Source: Eledone cirrhosa
Lineage: Eukaryota
DNA length: 64,000 nt
NCBI GenBank assembly: GCA_964016885.1
Contig: OZ024744.1
Coordinates: 121,458,001-121,522,000, forward strand
Reading direction: 5' to 3'
This document shows, piece after piece, positions 1 through 10,872 of the stretch (position 1 is its first letter; each line of letters begins with the position of its first letter). The translations under genes were made by a program, and so were the position numbers. The notes under the pieces were generated by a model, which worked only from the letters and a program-made list of their open reading frames with translations, was not told where the DNA came from and ran no database searches.

Positions 1-3000
1 TGTTAGATGGTTGGGTCATGTGATGAGGAAGTATGAAAGTGACTGGGTGAGAGGAATCAGAGGTAGTGATGGATGTTGTGAAGAGAGATAGTGTGAGATG
101 GTTGGGTCATGTGTTGAGGAAGGATAAAAGTAACTGGGTGAGTGGAATAGAGGTAGTGATGGATGTTGTGAAGAGAGATAGTGTGGGACGGTTGGGTCAT
201 GTGTTGAGGAAGTATGAAAGTGACTGGGTGAGAGGAATCAGAGGTAGTGATGGATGTTGTGAAGAGAGATAGTGTGAGATGGTTGGGTCATGTGTTGAGG
301 AAGGATAAAAGTGACTGGGTGAGAGGAATAGAGGTAGTGATGGATTTTTTGAAGAGAGATAGTGTGAGATGGTTGGGTCATGTGTTGAGGAAGGATAAAA
401 GTGACTGTGTGAGAGGAATAGAAGTAGTGATGGATGTTGTGAAGAGAGATAGTGTGAGATGGTTGGGTCATGTGTTGAGGAAGGATGAAAGCGACTGGGT
501 GAGAGGAATAGAGGTAGTGATGGATGTTGTGAAGAGAGATAGTGTGAGATGGTTGGGTCATGTGTTGAGGAAGTATGAAAGTGACTGGGTGAGAGGAATA
601 GAGGTAGTGATGGATGTTGTGAAGAGAGATAGTGTGAGATGGTTGGGTCATATGTTGAGGAAGGATAAAAGTGACTGGGTGAGAGGAATAGAGGTAGTGA
701 TGGATGTTGTGAGGAGAGATAGTGTGAGATGGTTGGTTCATGTGTTGAGGAAGTATGAAAGTGACTGGGTGAGAGGAATAGAGGTAGAGATGGATGTTGT
801 GAAGAGAGATAGTGTGAGATGGTTGGGTCATGTGTTGAGGAAGTATGAAAGTGACTGGGTGAGAGGAATAGAGGTAGTGATGGATGTTGTGAAGAGAGAT
901 AGTGTGAGATGGTTGGGTCATGTGTTGAGGAAGGATAAAATTGATTGGGTGAGAGGAATAGAGGTAGTGATGGATGTTGTGAAGAGAGATCGTGTGAGAT
1001 GGTTGGGTCATGTGTTGAGGAAGTATAAAAGTGACTGGGTGAGAGGAATAGAGGTAGTGATGGATGTTGGGAAGAGAGATAGTGTGAGATGGTTGGGTCA
1101 TGTGTTGAGGAAGGATGAAAGTGACTGGGTGAGAGGAATAGAGGTAGTTATGGATGTTGTGAAGAGAGATAGTGTGAGATGGTTGGGTCATGTGTTGAGG
1201 AAGTATGAAAGTGACTGGGTGAGAGGAATAGAGGTAGTGATGGATGTTGTGAAGAGAGATAGTGTGAGATGGTTGGGTCATGTGTTGAGGAAGGATAAAA
1301 TTGATTGGGTGAGAGGAATAGAGGTAGTTATGGATGTTGTGAAGAGAGTTAGTGTGAGATGGTTGGGTCATGTGTTGAGGAAGGATAAAAGTGACTGGGT
1401 GAGTGGAATAGAGGTAGTGATGGATGTTGTGAAGAGAGATAGTGTGGGACGGTTCGGTCATCTGTTGAGGAAGTATGAAAATGACTGGGTGAGAGGAATC
1501 AGAGGTAGTGATGGATGTTGTGAAGAGAAATAGTGTGAGATGGTTGGGTCATGTGTTGAGGAAGGATGAAAGTGACTGGGTGAGAGGAATAGAGGTAGTT
1601 ATGGATGTTGTGAAGAGAGATAGTGTGAGATGGTTGGGTCATGTGTTGAGGAAGGATGAAAGTGACTGGGTGACAGGAATAGAGGTAGTTATGGATGTTG
1701 TGAAGAGAGATAGTGTGAGATGGTTGGGTCATGTGTTGAGGAAGGATAAAAGTGACTGGGTGAGTGGAATAGAGGTAGTGATGGATGTTGTGAAGAGAGA
1801 TAGTGTGGGACGGTTCGGTCATCTGTTGAGGAAGTATGAAAATGACTGGGTGAGAGGAATCAGAGGTAGTGATGGATGTTGTGAAGAGAAATAGTGTGAG
1901 ATGGTTGGGTCATGTGTTGAGGAAGGATAAAAGTGACTGGGTAAGAGGAATAGATGTCGTGATGGATGTTGTGAAGAGAGATAGTGTGAGATGGTTCGGT
2001 CATGAGTTGAGGGAGTATGAAAGTGACGGGGTGAGAGGAATAGAGGTAGTGATGGATGTTGTGAAGAAAGATAGTGAGATGGTTGGGTCATGTGTTGAGG
2101 AAGGTTGAATGTGAATGGGTGAAGGAATAGAGGTAGTGATGGATGTTGTGAAGAGAGATAGTGTGGGACGGTTGGGTCATGTGTTGAGGAAGTATGAAAG
2201 TGACTGGGTGAGAGGAATCAGAGGTAGTGATGGCTGTTGTGAAGAGAGATAGTGTGAGATGGTTGGGTCATGTGTTGAGGAAGGATAAAAGTGACTGGGT
2301 GAGAGGAATAGAGGTAGTGATGGATGTTGTGAAGAGAGATAGTGTTAGACGGTTGGGTCATGTGATGAGGAAGGTTAAAAGTGACTGGGTGAGTGGAATA
2401 GAGAGGTAGTGATGGATGTTGTAAAGAGAGATAGTGTGAGATGGTTGGGTCATGTGTTGAGGAAGGATAAAAGTGACTGGGTGAGAGGAATAGAGGTAGT
2501 GACGGATGTTGTGAAGAGAGATAGTGTGAGATGGTTGGGTCATGTGTTGAGGAAGGATGAAAGTGACTGGGTGAGAGGAATAGAGGTAGTGATGGATGTT
2601 GTGAAGAGAGATAGTGTGAGATGGTTGGGTCATGTGTTGAGGAAGTATGAAAGTGACTGGGTGAGAGGAATAGAGGTAGTGATGGATGTTGTGAAGAGAG
2701 ATAGTGTGAGATGGTTGGGTCATATGTTGAGGAAGGATAAAAGTGACTGGGTGAGAGGAATAGAGGTAGTGATGGATGTTGTGAGGAGAGATAGTGTGAG
2801 ATGGTTGGTTCATGTGTTGAGGAAGTATGAAAGTGACTGGGTGAGAGGAATAGAGGTAGTGATAGATGTTGTGAAGAGAGATAGTGTGAGATGGTTGGGT
2901 CATGTGTTGAGGAAGTATGAAAGTGACTGGGTGAGAGGAATAGAGGTAGAGATGGATGTTGTGAAGAGAGATAGTGTGAGATGGTTGGGTCATGTGTTGA

Positions 3001-6000
3001 GGAAGTATGAAAGTGACTGGGTGAGAGGAATAGAGGTAGTGATGGATGTTGTGAAGAGAGATAGTGTGAGATGGTTGGGTCATGTGTTGAGGAAGGATAA
3101 AATTGATTGGGTGAGAGGAATAGAGGTAGTGATGGATGTTGTGAAGAGAGATCGTGTGAGATGGTTGGGTCATGTGTTGAGGAAGGATAAAAGTGACTGG
3201 GTGAGAGGAATAGAGGTAGTGGTGGATGTTAGGAAGAGAGATAGTGTGAGATGGTTGGATCATGTGTTGAGGAAGTATAAAAGTGACTGGGTGAGAGGAA
3301 TAGAGGTATTGATGGATGTTGTGAAGAGAGATAGTGTGAGATGGTTGGGTCCTGTGTTGAGGAAGGATGAAAGTGACTGGGTGAGAGGAACAGAGGTAGT
3401 GATGGATGTTGTGAAGAGAGATAGTGTGAGATGGTTTGGTCATGTGTTGAGGAAGGATAAAAGTGACTGGGTGAGTGGAATAGAGGTAGTGATGGATGTT
3501 TTGAAGAGAGATAGTGTGAGATGGTTGGGTCATGTGTTGAGGAAGGATAAAAGTGACTGGGTGAGAGGAATAGAGTTAGTGATGGATGTTGTGAAGAGAG
3601 ATAGTGTGAGATGGTTGGGTCATGTGTTAAGGAAGTATGAATGTGACTGGGTGAGAGGAATAGAGGTAGTTATGGATGTTGTGAAGAGAGATAGTGTGAG
3701 ATGGTTGGGTCATGTGTTGAGGAAGGATAAAAGTGACTGGGTGAGAGGAATAGAGGTAGTGATGGATGTTGTGAAGAGAGATAGTGTGAGATGGTTGGGT
3801 CATGTGTTGAGGAAGGATTAAAGTGACTGGGTGAGAGGAATAGAGGTAGTGATGGATGTTGTGAAGAGAGATAGTGTGAGATGGTTGGGTCATGTGTTGA
3901 GGAAGTATAAAAGTGACTGGGTGAGAGGAATAGAGGTAGTGATGGATGCTGTGAAGAGAGATAGTGTGAGATGGTTGGGTCATGTGTTGAGAAAGGATTA
4001 AAGTGACTGAGTGAGAGGAATTAGAGGTAGTGATGGATGTTGTGAAGAGAGATAGTGTGAGACGGTTCGGTCATGTGTTGAGGAAGTATGAAAATGACTG
4101 GGTGAGAGGAATCAGAGGTAGTGATGGATGTTGTGAAGAGAAATAGTGTGAGATGGTTGGGTCATGTGTTGAGGAGGATAAAAGTGACTGGGTAAGAGGA
4201 ATAGATGTAGTGATGGATGTTGTGAAGAGAGATAGTGTGAGATGGTTCGGTCATGTGTTGAGGAAGTATGAAAGTGACTGGGTAAGAGGAATAGAGGTAG
4301 TGATGGATGTTGTGAAAAGAGATAGCGTGAGATGGTTAGGTCATGTATTGAGGAAGTATGAAAGTGACTGGGTGAGAGGAATAGAGGTTGTGATGGATGT
4401 TGTGAAGAGAGATAGTGAGATGGTTGGGTCATGTGTTGAGGAAGGTTGAATGTGAATGGGTGAGAGGAATAGAGGTAGTGATGGATGTTGTGAAGAGAGA
4501 TAGTGTAAGATGGTATGGTCATGTGTTGAGGAAGGATAAAAGTGACTGGGTGAGAGGAATAGAGGTAGTGATGGATGTTGTGAAGAGAAATAGTGTGAGA
4601 TGGTTGGGTCATGTGTTGAGGAAGGATAAAAGTGACTGGGTGAGAGGAATAGAGGTAGTGATGGATGTTGTGAAGAGAGATAGTGTGAGATGGTTGGGTC
4701 ATGTGTTGAGGAAGGATAAAAGTGACTGGGTGAGAGGAATACAGGTAGTGATGTATGTTGTGAAGAGAGATAGTGTAAGATGGTATGGTCATGTGTTGAG
4801 GAAGGATAAAAGTGACTGGGTGAGAGGAATAGAGGTAGTGATGGATGTTGTGAAGAGAGATAGTGTGAGATGGTTGGGTCATGTGTTGAGGAAGGATAAA
4901 AGTGACTGGGTGAGAGGAATAGAGGTAGTGATGGATGTTGTGAAGAGAGATAGTGTGAGATGGTTGGGTCATGTGTTGAGGAAGGATAAAAGTGACTGTG
5001 TGAGAGGAATAGAGGTAGTGATGGATGTTGTGAAGAGAGATAGTGTGAGATGGTTGGGTCATGTGTTGAGGAAGGATAAAAGTGACTGGGTGAGAGGAAT
5101 AGAGGTAGTGATGGATGTTGTGAAGAGAGATAGTGTGAGATGGTTGGGTCATGTGTTGAGGAAGGATAAAAGTGACTGGGTGAGAGTAATAGAGGTAGTG
5201 ATGGATGTTGTGAAGAGAGATAGTGTGAGATGGTTGGGTCATGTGTTGAGGAAGAATGAAAGTGACTGGGTGAGAGGCACAGAAGTAGTGATGGATGTTG
5301 TGAAGAGAGATAGTGTGAGATGGTTGGGTCATGTGTTGAGGAAGGATAAAAGTGACTGGGTGAGAGGAGTAGAGGTAGTGATGGATGTTGTGAAGAGAGA
5401 TAATGTGAGATGGTTGGGTCATGTGTTGAGGAAGGATAAAAGTGACTGTGTGAGAGGAATAGAGGTAGTGATGGATATTGTGAAGAGAGATAGTGTGAGA
5501 TGGTTGGGTCATGTGATGAGGAAGGATAAAAGTGACGGGGTGAGAGGAATAGAGGTAGTGATGGATGTTGTGAAGAGAGATAGTGTGAGATGGTTGGGTC
5601 ATGTGTTGAGGAAGGATAAAAGTGACTGGGTGAGAGGAATAGAGGTAGTGATGGATGTTGTGAAGAGAGATAGTGTGAGATGGTTGGGTCATGTGTTGAG
5701 GAAGGATAAAAGTGACTGGGTGAGAGTAATAGAGGTAGTGATGGATGTTATGAAGAGAGATAGTGTGAGATGGTTGGGTCATGTGTTGAGGAAGAATGAA
5801 AGTGACTGGGTGAGAGGCACGGAAGTAGTGATGAATGTTGTGAAGAGAGATAGTGTGAGATGGTTGGGTCATGTGTTGAGGAAGGATAAAAGTGACTGGG
5901 TGAGAGGAATAGAGGTAGTGATGGATGTTGTGAAGAGAGATAGTGTGAGATGGTTGGGTCATGTGTTGAGGAAGGATAAAAGTGACTGGGTGAGAGGAAT

Positions 6001-6024
6001 AGAGGTAGTGATGGATGTTGTGAA
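1..6024 (+). repeat. SatA: 90-bp tandem satellite (about 67 monomers, open at window start) derived from RTE-type LINE ORF2 C-terminal region
   Basis: Consensus GGAATAGAGGTAGTGATGGATGTTGTGAAGAGAGATAGTGTGAGATGGTTGGGTCATGTGTTGAGGAAGGATAAAAGTGACTGGGTGAGA, with a 90-nt period read directly. It translates to GIEVVMDVVKRDSVRWLGHVLRKDKSDWVR, containing the RWxGHVxR motif of RTE ORF2. Occasional 88-92-bp variants. Ends abruptly at ...GTTGTGAA 6024. Confidence 0.95.
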
Positions 6025-6098
6025 TGCTCGTATAACCATTGCTAAGTACGTGAACAATATATCACTCCACTTCTATACCAACTTGTTTATATTTCATT

Positions 6099-6300
6099 AA
6101 ATCATCATCATTCTTCCATGCTAACATCGGTTAGACGGGTTGTCCTGTTTTGGGCAGTGTCCGGTCAGCTGACCTTGACTTGCTCATACGGGAACTTTTC
6201 TGGCTTGATTTCTACAGCTGGATGCCCTTCCTAACACCATCCTTATTTACAGTGAGTGCTAGATGCTTTTTTGCCGTAGCACCTCCACGACCACTTTGCA
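6099..6300 (-). mobile_element. SINE fragment with RTE-type 3' tail
   Basis: Minus strand reads GGTGTTAGGAAGGGCATCCAGCTGTAGAAA (a conserved SINE body motif, from recall) and ends ACCCGTCTAACCGATGTTAGCATGGAAGAATGATGATGAT, a (GAT)n tail typical of RTE-mobilised elements. Confidence 0.55.
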
Positions 6301-6349
6301 GTGGGAGGGTATGAGGTCATATTGTCTATATGCTTCAGCTTCAGCTTGT

Positions 6350-6895
6350 ACCCATGGGGGGGGGGGGGTCTTCTGTATTACTGCGTGACGCCAGAGGTCA
6401 CGGTCCTGTGTCATCGCCCTTGAGAGGTGAAATTGGCCAAGGTCAGCTCCTATCACCTCATCCCAGGTCTTCTTGAGTCTCTGCACCTTTTTATGCAGCT
6501 GTCCTCCTTCATATGCATCACATGTCCATACCAACGCAATCTCCTCTCTAGTATACAGCATTTGATTCCCCTTATGTTTAGTCTCTCTCTCAATTCATTT
6601 ATGCTTTGCCACTCATGTATATTACTATTACATATCCAACGGAGCATGCAGGCTTCATTTCTTTCTAATCTACGCAAGTGTTCTACAGACAGCGCCCAAG
6701 TCTCACTACCATGTAACATTGCTGTTCGTATACACACATCATACAGTCTGTCTTTCATTTTGAGGGAAAAGCCTTTTGCAGCTAGCAGTGGCAGTAGCTC
6801 CCTGAACTTCTTCCATCCCATTCTTACCCTGGTTATTGTACTTTCTGAACACCCACCTCTGTTGCTAATTCAGTCACCTAGGTAACAGAAGCTAT
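6350..6895 (-). mobile_element. 5'-truncated, decayed RTE-clade LINE (end of RT, thumb and C-terminus)
   Basis: Minus-strand translation FCYLGD*ISNRGGCSESTITRVRMGWKKFRELLPLL...LYDVCIRTAMLHGSETW...MLRWIC...ELRERLNIRGIKCCILERRLRWYGHVMHM, then frameshifted KKTWDEVI...QDRDLWRHAV. These are RTE hallmarks (YLG, HGSETW, RLRWYGHV, DR..WR). Contains an in-frame stop and a deletion/frameshift. Confidence 0.9.
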
Positions 6896-7037
6896 TATTT
6901 ATATTTAATTAAATATTGTTTATATTTAATTAAAATTGGTTTATATTTAATTATTTGTTGTTTATAATTTGTTAACCTTGTTTTTAGGGAAATTCTATAT
7001 AGAATTATAGTATTATCAACAAATGTGCTACATAATA

Positions 7038-7149
7038 AATAATTGTTTCTACTTTTGGCACAAGGCCAGCAATTACCCAGTACATTACTGGTACTTTATT
7101 TTATCGACCCCGTTTGCTGGCCTTGTGCCAAAAGTAGAAACAATTATTA
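7038..7149. mobile_element. Palindromic element made of two SINE 3' ends (35-bp perfect inverted repeat)
   Basis: AATAATTGTTTCTACTTTTGGCACAAGGCCAGCAA (7038-7072) and its exact reverse complement (7114-7148). The spacer is SINE body sequence matching about 14136-14176. Flanked by direct repeat TACATAATA (7029-7037, 7150-7158). Confidence 0.85.
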
Positions 7150-7265
7150 TACATAATATATAATGTATGGCAATGATTTCTCATAAATGCATAGTTAACT
7201 CAAGAGAATGTGTTGTGCTTGTCTGACCAATGTAAGTAACTCCTGATCCATCAGAAACAGGTAAA

Positions 7266-7620
7266 CTATACTCTCGGCCATTTCCCTTCACATCCAAACA
7301 AAAACTTATTGACTGAAATCCCTCCATCTAGTAGTTCAGTCCTAACTCTGTTGTAGCAGTTCAAACAAAGAATATGACCAACAATACTTAGAAAAATAAA
7401 GCAGCCTATCAAAATAGAAAGTTTGTGTTTTTTGTATTTTAGCCAACACTGCAACCCTCGGTAACAATCATAGAACCAACACTGCAACCTGTTCCTCATA
7501 AAATCAACAAGCTGTTCTGCTTCCCGAAATACAGCCAGTTTGTTTTGGTCCCTTACCAGAGAGATCTCAATCAGCCCTGTGGAAACCCCATTCTTGCCAC
7601 TTCTCAAGCATGATAGAGCT
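7266..7620 (-). other. Unique open stretch, possible degenerate exon of a membrane protein (possibly the GT22 gene)
   Basis: About 117 non-repetitive open codons with a hydrophobic segment LSILIGCFIFLSIVGH, loosely recalling the S-x-x-x-H-K-E-x-R-F motif of GT22 mannosyltransferases but lacking KExRF. Same strand as the exon at 16281-16542. No clear splice sites. Confidence 0.2.
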
Positions 7621-8781
7621 GTACTCTCACAGACCACATCTTTAGAACTGTAAGATGTACTCTCACAGACCACATCTATAGGACTGTAAGATGTACTCTC
7701 ACAGACCACATCTATAGAACTATAAAATGTACTCTCACAGACCACATCTATAGGACTGTAAGATGTACTCTCACAGACCACATCTATAGAACTGTAAGAT
7801 GTACTCTCACAGACCACATCTATAGAACTATAAGATGTACTCTCACAGACCACATCTATAGGACTGTAAGATGTACTCTCACAGACCACATCTATAGGAC
7901 TGTAAGATGTACTCTCACAGACCACATCTATAGAACTGTAAGATGTACTCTCACAGACCACATCTATAGAACTGTAAGATGTACTCTCACAGACCACATC
8001 TATAGAACTATAAGATGTACTCTCACAGACCACATCTATAGAACTGTAAGATGTACTCTCACAGACCACATCTATAGGACTGTAAGATGTACTCTCACAG
8101 ACCACATCTATAGGACTGTAAGATGTACACTCACAGACCACATCTATAGGACTGTAAGATGTACTCTCACAGACCACATCTATAGGACTGTAAGATGTAC
8201 TCTCACAGACCACATCTATAGGACTGTAAGATGTACTCTCACAGACCACATCTATAGGACTGTAAGATGTACACTCACAGACCACATCTATAGGACTGTA
8301 AGATGTACTCTCACAGACCACATCTATAGGACTGTAAGATGTACTCTCACAGACCACATCTATAGGACTGTAAGATGTACTCTCACAGACCACATCTTTA
8401 GAACTGTAAAATGTACTCTCTCACAGACCACATCTATAGGACTGTAAGATGTACTCTCACAGACCACATCTATAGAACTGTAAGATGTACTCTCACAGAC
8501 CACATCTATAGGACTGTAAGATGTACTCTCACAGACCACATCTATAGGACTGTAAGATGTACTCTCACAGACCACATCTATAGGACTGTAAGATGTACTC
8601 TCACAGACCACATCTATAGGACTGTAAGATGTACACTCACAGACCACATCTATAGGACTGTAAGATGTACTCTCTCAGACCACATCTATAGGACTGTAAG
8701 ATGTACTCTCTCAGACCACATCTATAGGACTGTAAGATGTACTCTCACAGACCACATCTATAGGACTGTAAGATGTACTCT
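7621..8781. repeat. 36-bp minisatellite, about 32 copies
   Basis: Unit GTACTCTCACAGACCACATCTATAGGACTGTAAGAT. One 38-bp unit near 8411. The array starts and ends on GTACTCT. Confidence 0.95.
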
Positions 8782-8911
8782 GTCATAGAAAACCTTCACG
8801 TTCGCAGCCCATTTTACATTCAAATCCACAGTATGTACTCTAACAATGTGCCTCAATTGTCTTCAGAGAATGTACTTTCGAGCTAATCTTCATCTTCATG
8901 AAACTTTTAAA

Positions 8912-8945
8912 TCTCCCTCTCTCTCTCTCTCTCTCTCACTCTCTT
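8912..8945. repeat. (CT)n microsatellite
   Basis: tctccctctctctctctctctctctcactctct. Confidence 0.9.
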
Positions 8946-9021
8946 TATGTCCTGTAACTTAGCTGTTTAACAAGAAAGAGATCAAGCAAATAAATACCAG
9001 AATTAAAATTAAAACAATGGA

Positions 9022-9564
9022 AGTACTGAGGTTGATATATCAAGGTAGTGCCCCAGTATGGCCACAGTCTAATGACTGACACCAGTAAAACAGTAGTGAG
9101 GTTGATATGGTAGACTATATCAAGGTAGTGCCCCAGTATGGCCACAATCTAATGACTGACACCAGTGAAACAGTACTGAGGTTGATATGGTAGATATATG
9201 AAGGTAGTGCCCCAGTATGGCCATTGTTTAATGACTGACACCAGTAAAACAGTTTTGAGGTTGATATGGTAGACTATATCAAGGTAGTGTCCCAGTATGG
9301 CCACAGTCTAATGACTGACACCAGTAAAACAGTACTGAGGTTGATATGGTAGACTATATCAAGGTAGTGCCCCAGTATGGCCACAGTTTAATGACTGACA
9401 CCAGTAAAACAGTACTGAGGTTGATATGGTAGACTATATCAAGGTAGTGCCCCAGTATGGCCACAGTCCAATGACTGACACCAGTAAAACTGTACTGAGG
9501 TTGATATGGTAGATATATGAAAGTAGTGCCCCAGTATGGCCACAGTCTAATGACTGACACCAGT
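9022..9564 (+). repeat. 80-bp minisatellite (about 7 copies), probably SINE-derived
   Basis: Unit AGTACTGAGGTTGATATGGTAGACTATATCAAGGTAGTGCCCCAGTATGGCCACAGTCTAATGACTGACACCAGTAAAAC (9331 to 9411 = 80 nt), with 78-bp and shorter variants. Confidence 0.9.
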
Positions 9565-10244
9565 GGAGGTGGAGGTGGTGTTTGTGTTGTTGCGGAGGTT
9601 TGTTGTTGTAGAGTATCTGTGTATGTCATCTTTGCTGTTGTTTGTGTCAGTGTGGGAGATTTTTTGTTGTTTTGTTTTTTGTTTTTTACATTTTAGGGGT
9701 TCCACCTCATCTTCGCTCTGGGATGAAGGGGTTGATGTGTTTGCGTCAGATGTGAGTGGGCGTGTGTAAAAGTGCGTGTGGGTTTCAATTTGTGCGTGTT
9801 TGTTCGAGATGGGGGAGCGGAAGAGCTTCAGGGTGGGTGTTGCCTTGGTGGTTCTTGCAGTTGTTGTTTTTGTTGTTGGTATTGAGAGTTCTGTGGCTGT
9901 TGCTGGTGTTACTGCTGCAGATATTGGTGTTGGTGTTGCCTGTTGCAGTTGTTGTTGCTGTTGGGGCCGTGGTGTTGGCAGTCGTTCTCTGGTGCAGGTA
10001 CGAGCTGTCTTCTGTAAATGGCAGAAAGCTCGTAAATGTGTGTAGTTTGGCCACACAGGTGACAGCGGGGTCTTTACGCTTCTACGAAGACCTGTATTTC
10101 CTTTCCTCCTGGAAGGGTGATGGGGTACAGGATCTTGTCCATTTATAGGTAAAGATGCATCTTTTGATGTCTGCCAACACCTCTGGGGCCACATTTTCAT
10201 GAAAATTGATGAGCTTAATAGCCTCCGCTAATTTACCTTTTTCC

Positions 10245-10678
10245 TGATATGTCTATTATATGATATTATATGATATTATATGATATATGATATTATATCA
10301 TATTATATATGATATTATATATCATATGATATTATATGGTGTCATATTATATATGATATTATATGATATATGATATATGATATTATATGTCTATCATATG
10401 ATATTATATGTCTATTATATGATATTATATGTCTATTATATGATATTATATGGTATTATATGATAATATATGATATTATATGTCTATTATATGATATTAT
10501 ATTATATATATTATACGTCTATTAAATGATATATGATATTATATGTCTATTATATGAAATTATATGATATATGATATTATATGATATTATATGATATATG
10601 ATATTATATGATATTATATGACATTATATGATATATGATATTATATGATATTATATGATATTATATGATATATGATAA
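10245..10678. repeat. AT-rich (TGATA/TGATATTATA)n microsatellite
   Basis: Mixed 5- and 10-nt units tgatattata / tgata / tgtctattata. It resumes briefly at 10868-10886 after the SINE. Confidence 0.9.
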
Positions 10679-10679
10679 T

Positions 10680-10872
10680 GGCGGTGGACTGGCAGTATCA
10701 GTAGAGGGTCGGACGCCACGCTTTGATGCATAGAGTTATGGCCCTTGTCATTCTGAGTTCAAATCCCACCGAGGTTAACTTTGCCTTTCATCCTTACGGG
10801 GTCGATAAAATAAAGTACCAGTAATACACTGGGATGATTGCTGGCCTTGTTCCAAAAAGTAGAAACAATTAT
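10680..10872 (+). mobile_element. tRNA-derived SINE, near full length
   Basis: 5' GGCGGTGGAC, A-box-like TGGCAGTATCAG (10690), B-box GAGTTCAAATCC (10755-10766), body TTTGCCTTTCATCCTTACGGGGTCGATAAAATAAAGTACCAG, 3' end GCTGGCCTTGTTCCAAAAAGTAGAAACAATT. Homologous copies at 14105-14292 and 18172-18389. Confidence 0.85.

Noticed and set aside
238-5962. His-rich minus-strand ORFs (MTQPSHTISLHNIHHYLYSSHPVTFILPQH)n
   Set aside because: Antisense of SatA. The G-poor minus strand rarely forms stops, and there is no gene structure.
7266-8788. 375-aa (CESTSYSPIDVV)n repeat protein
   Set aside because: The repeat part is the 36-bp minisatellite. It has a non-ATG start, a 2-nt frameshift near 8411, and an in-frame TGA just upstream of the array.
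10680-10775. tRNA gene
   Set aside because: A/B boxes are present but the spacing is extended, there is no clear cloverleaf, and it continues into a SINE body present in several copies.
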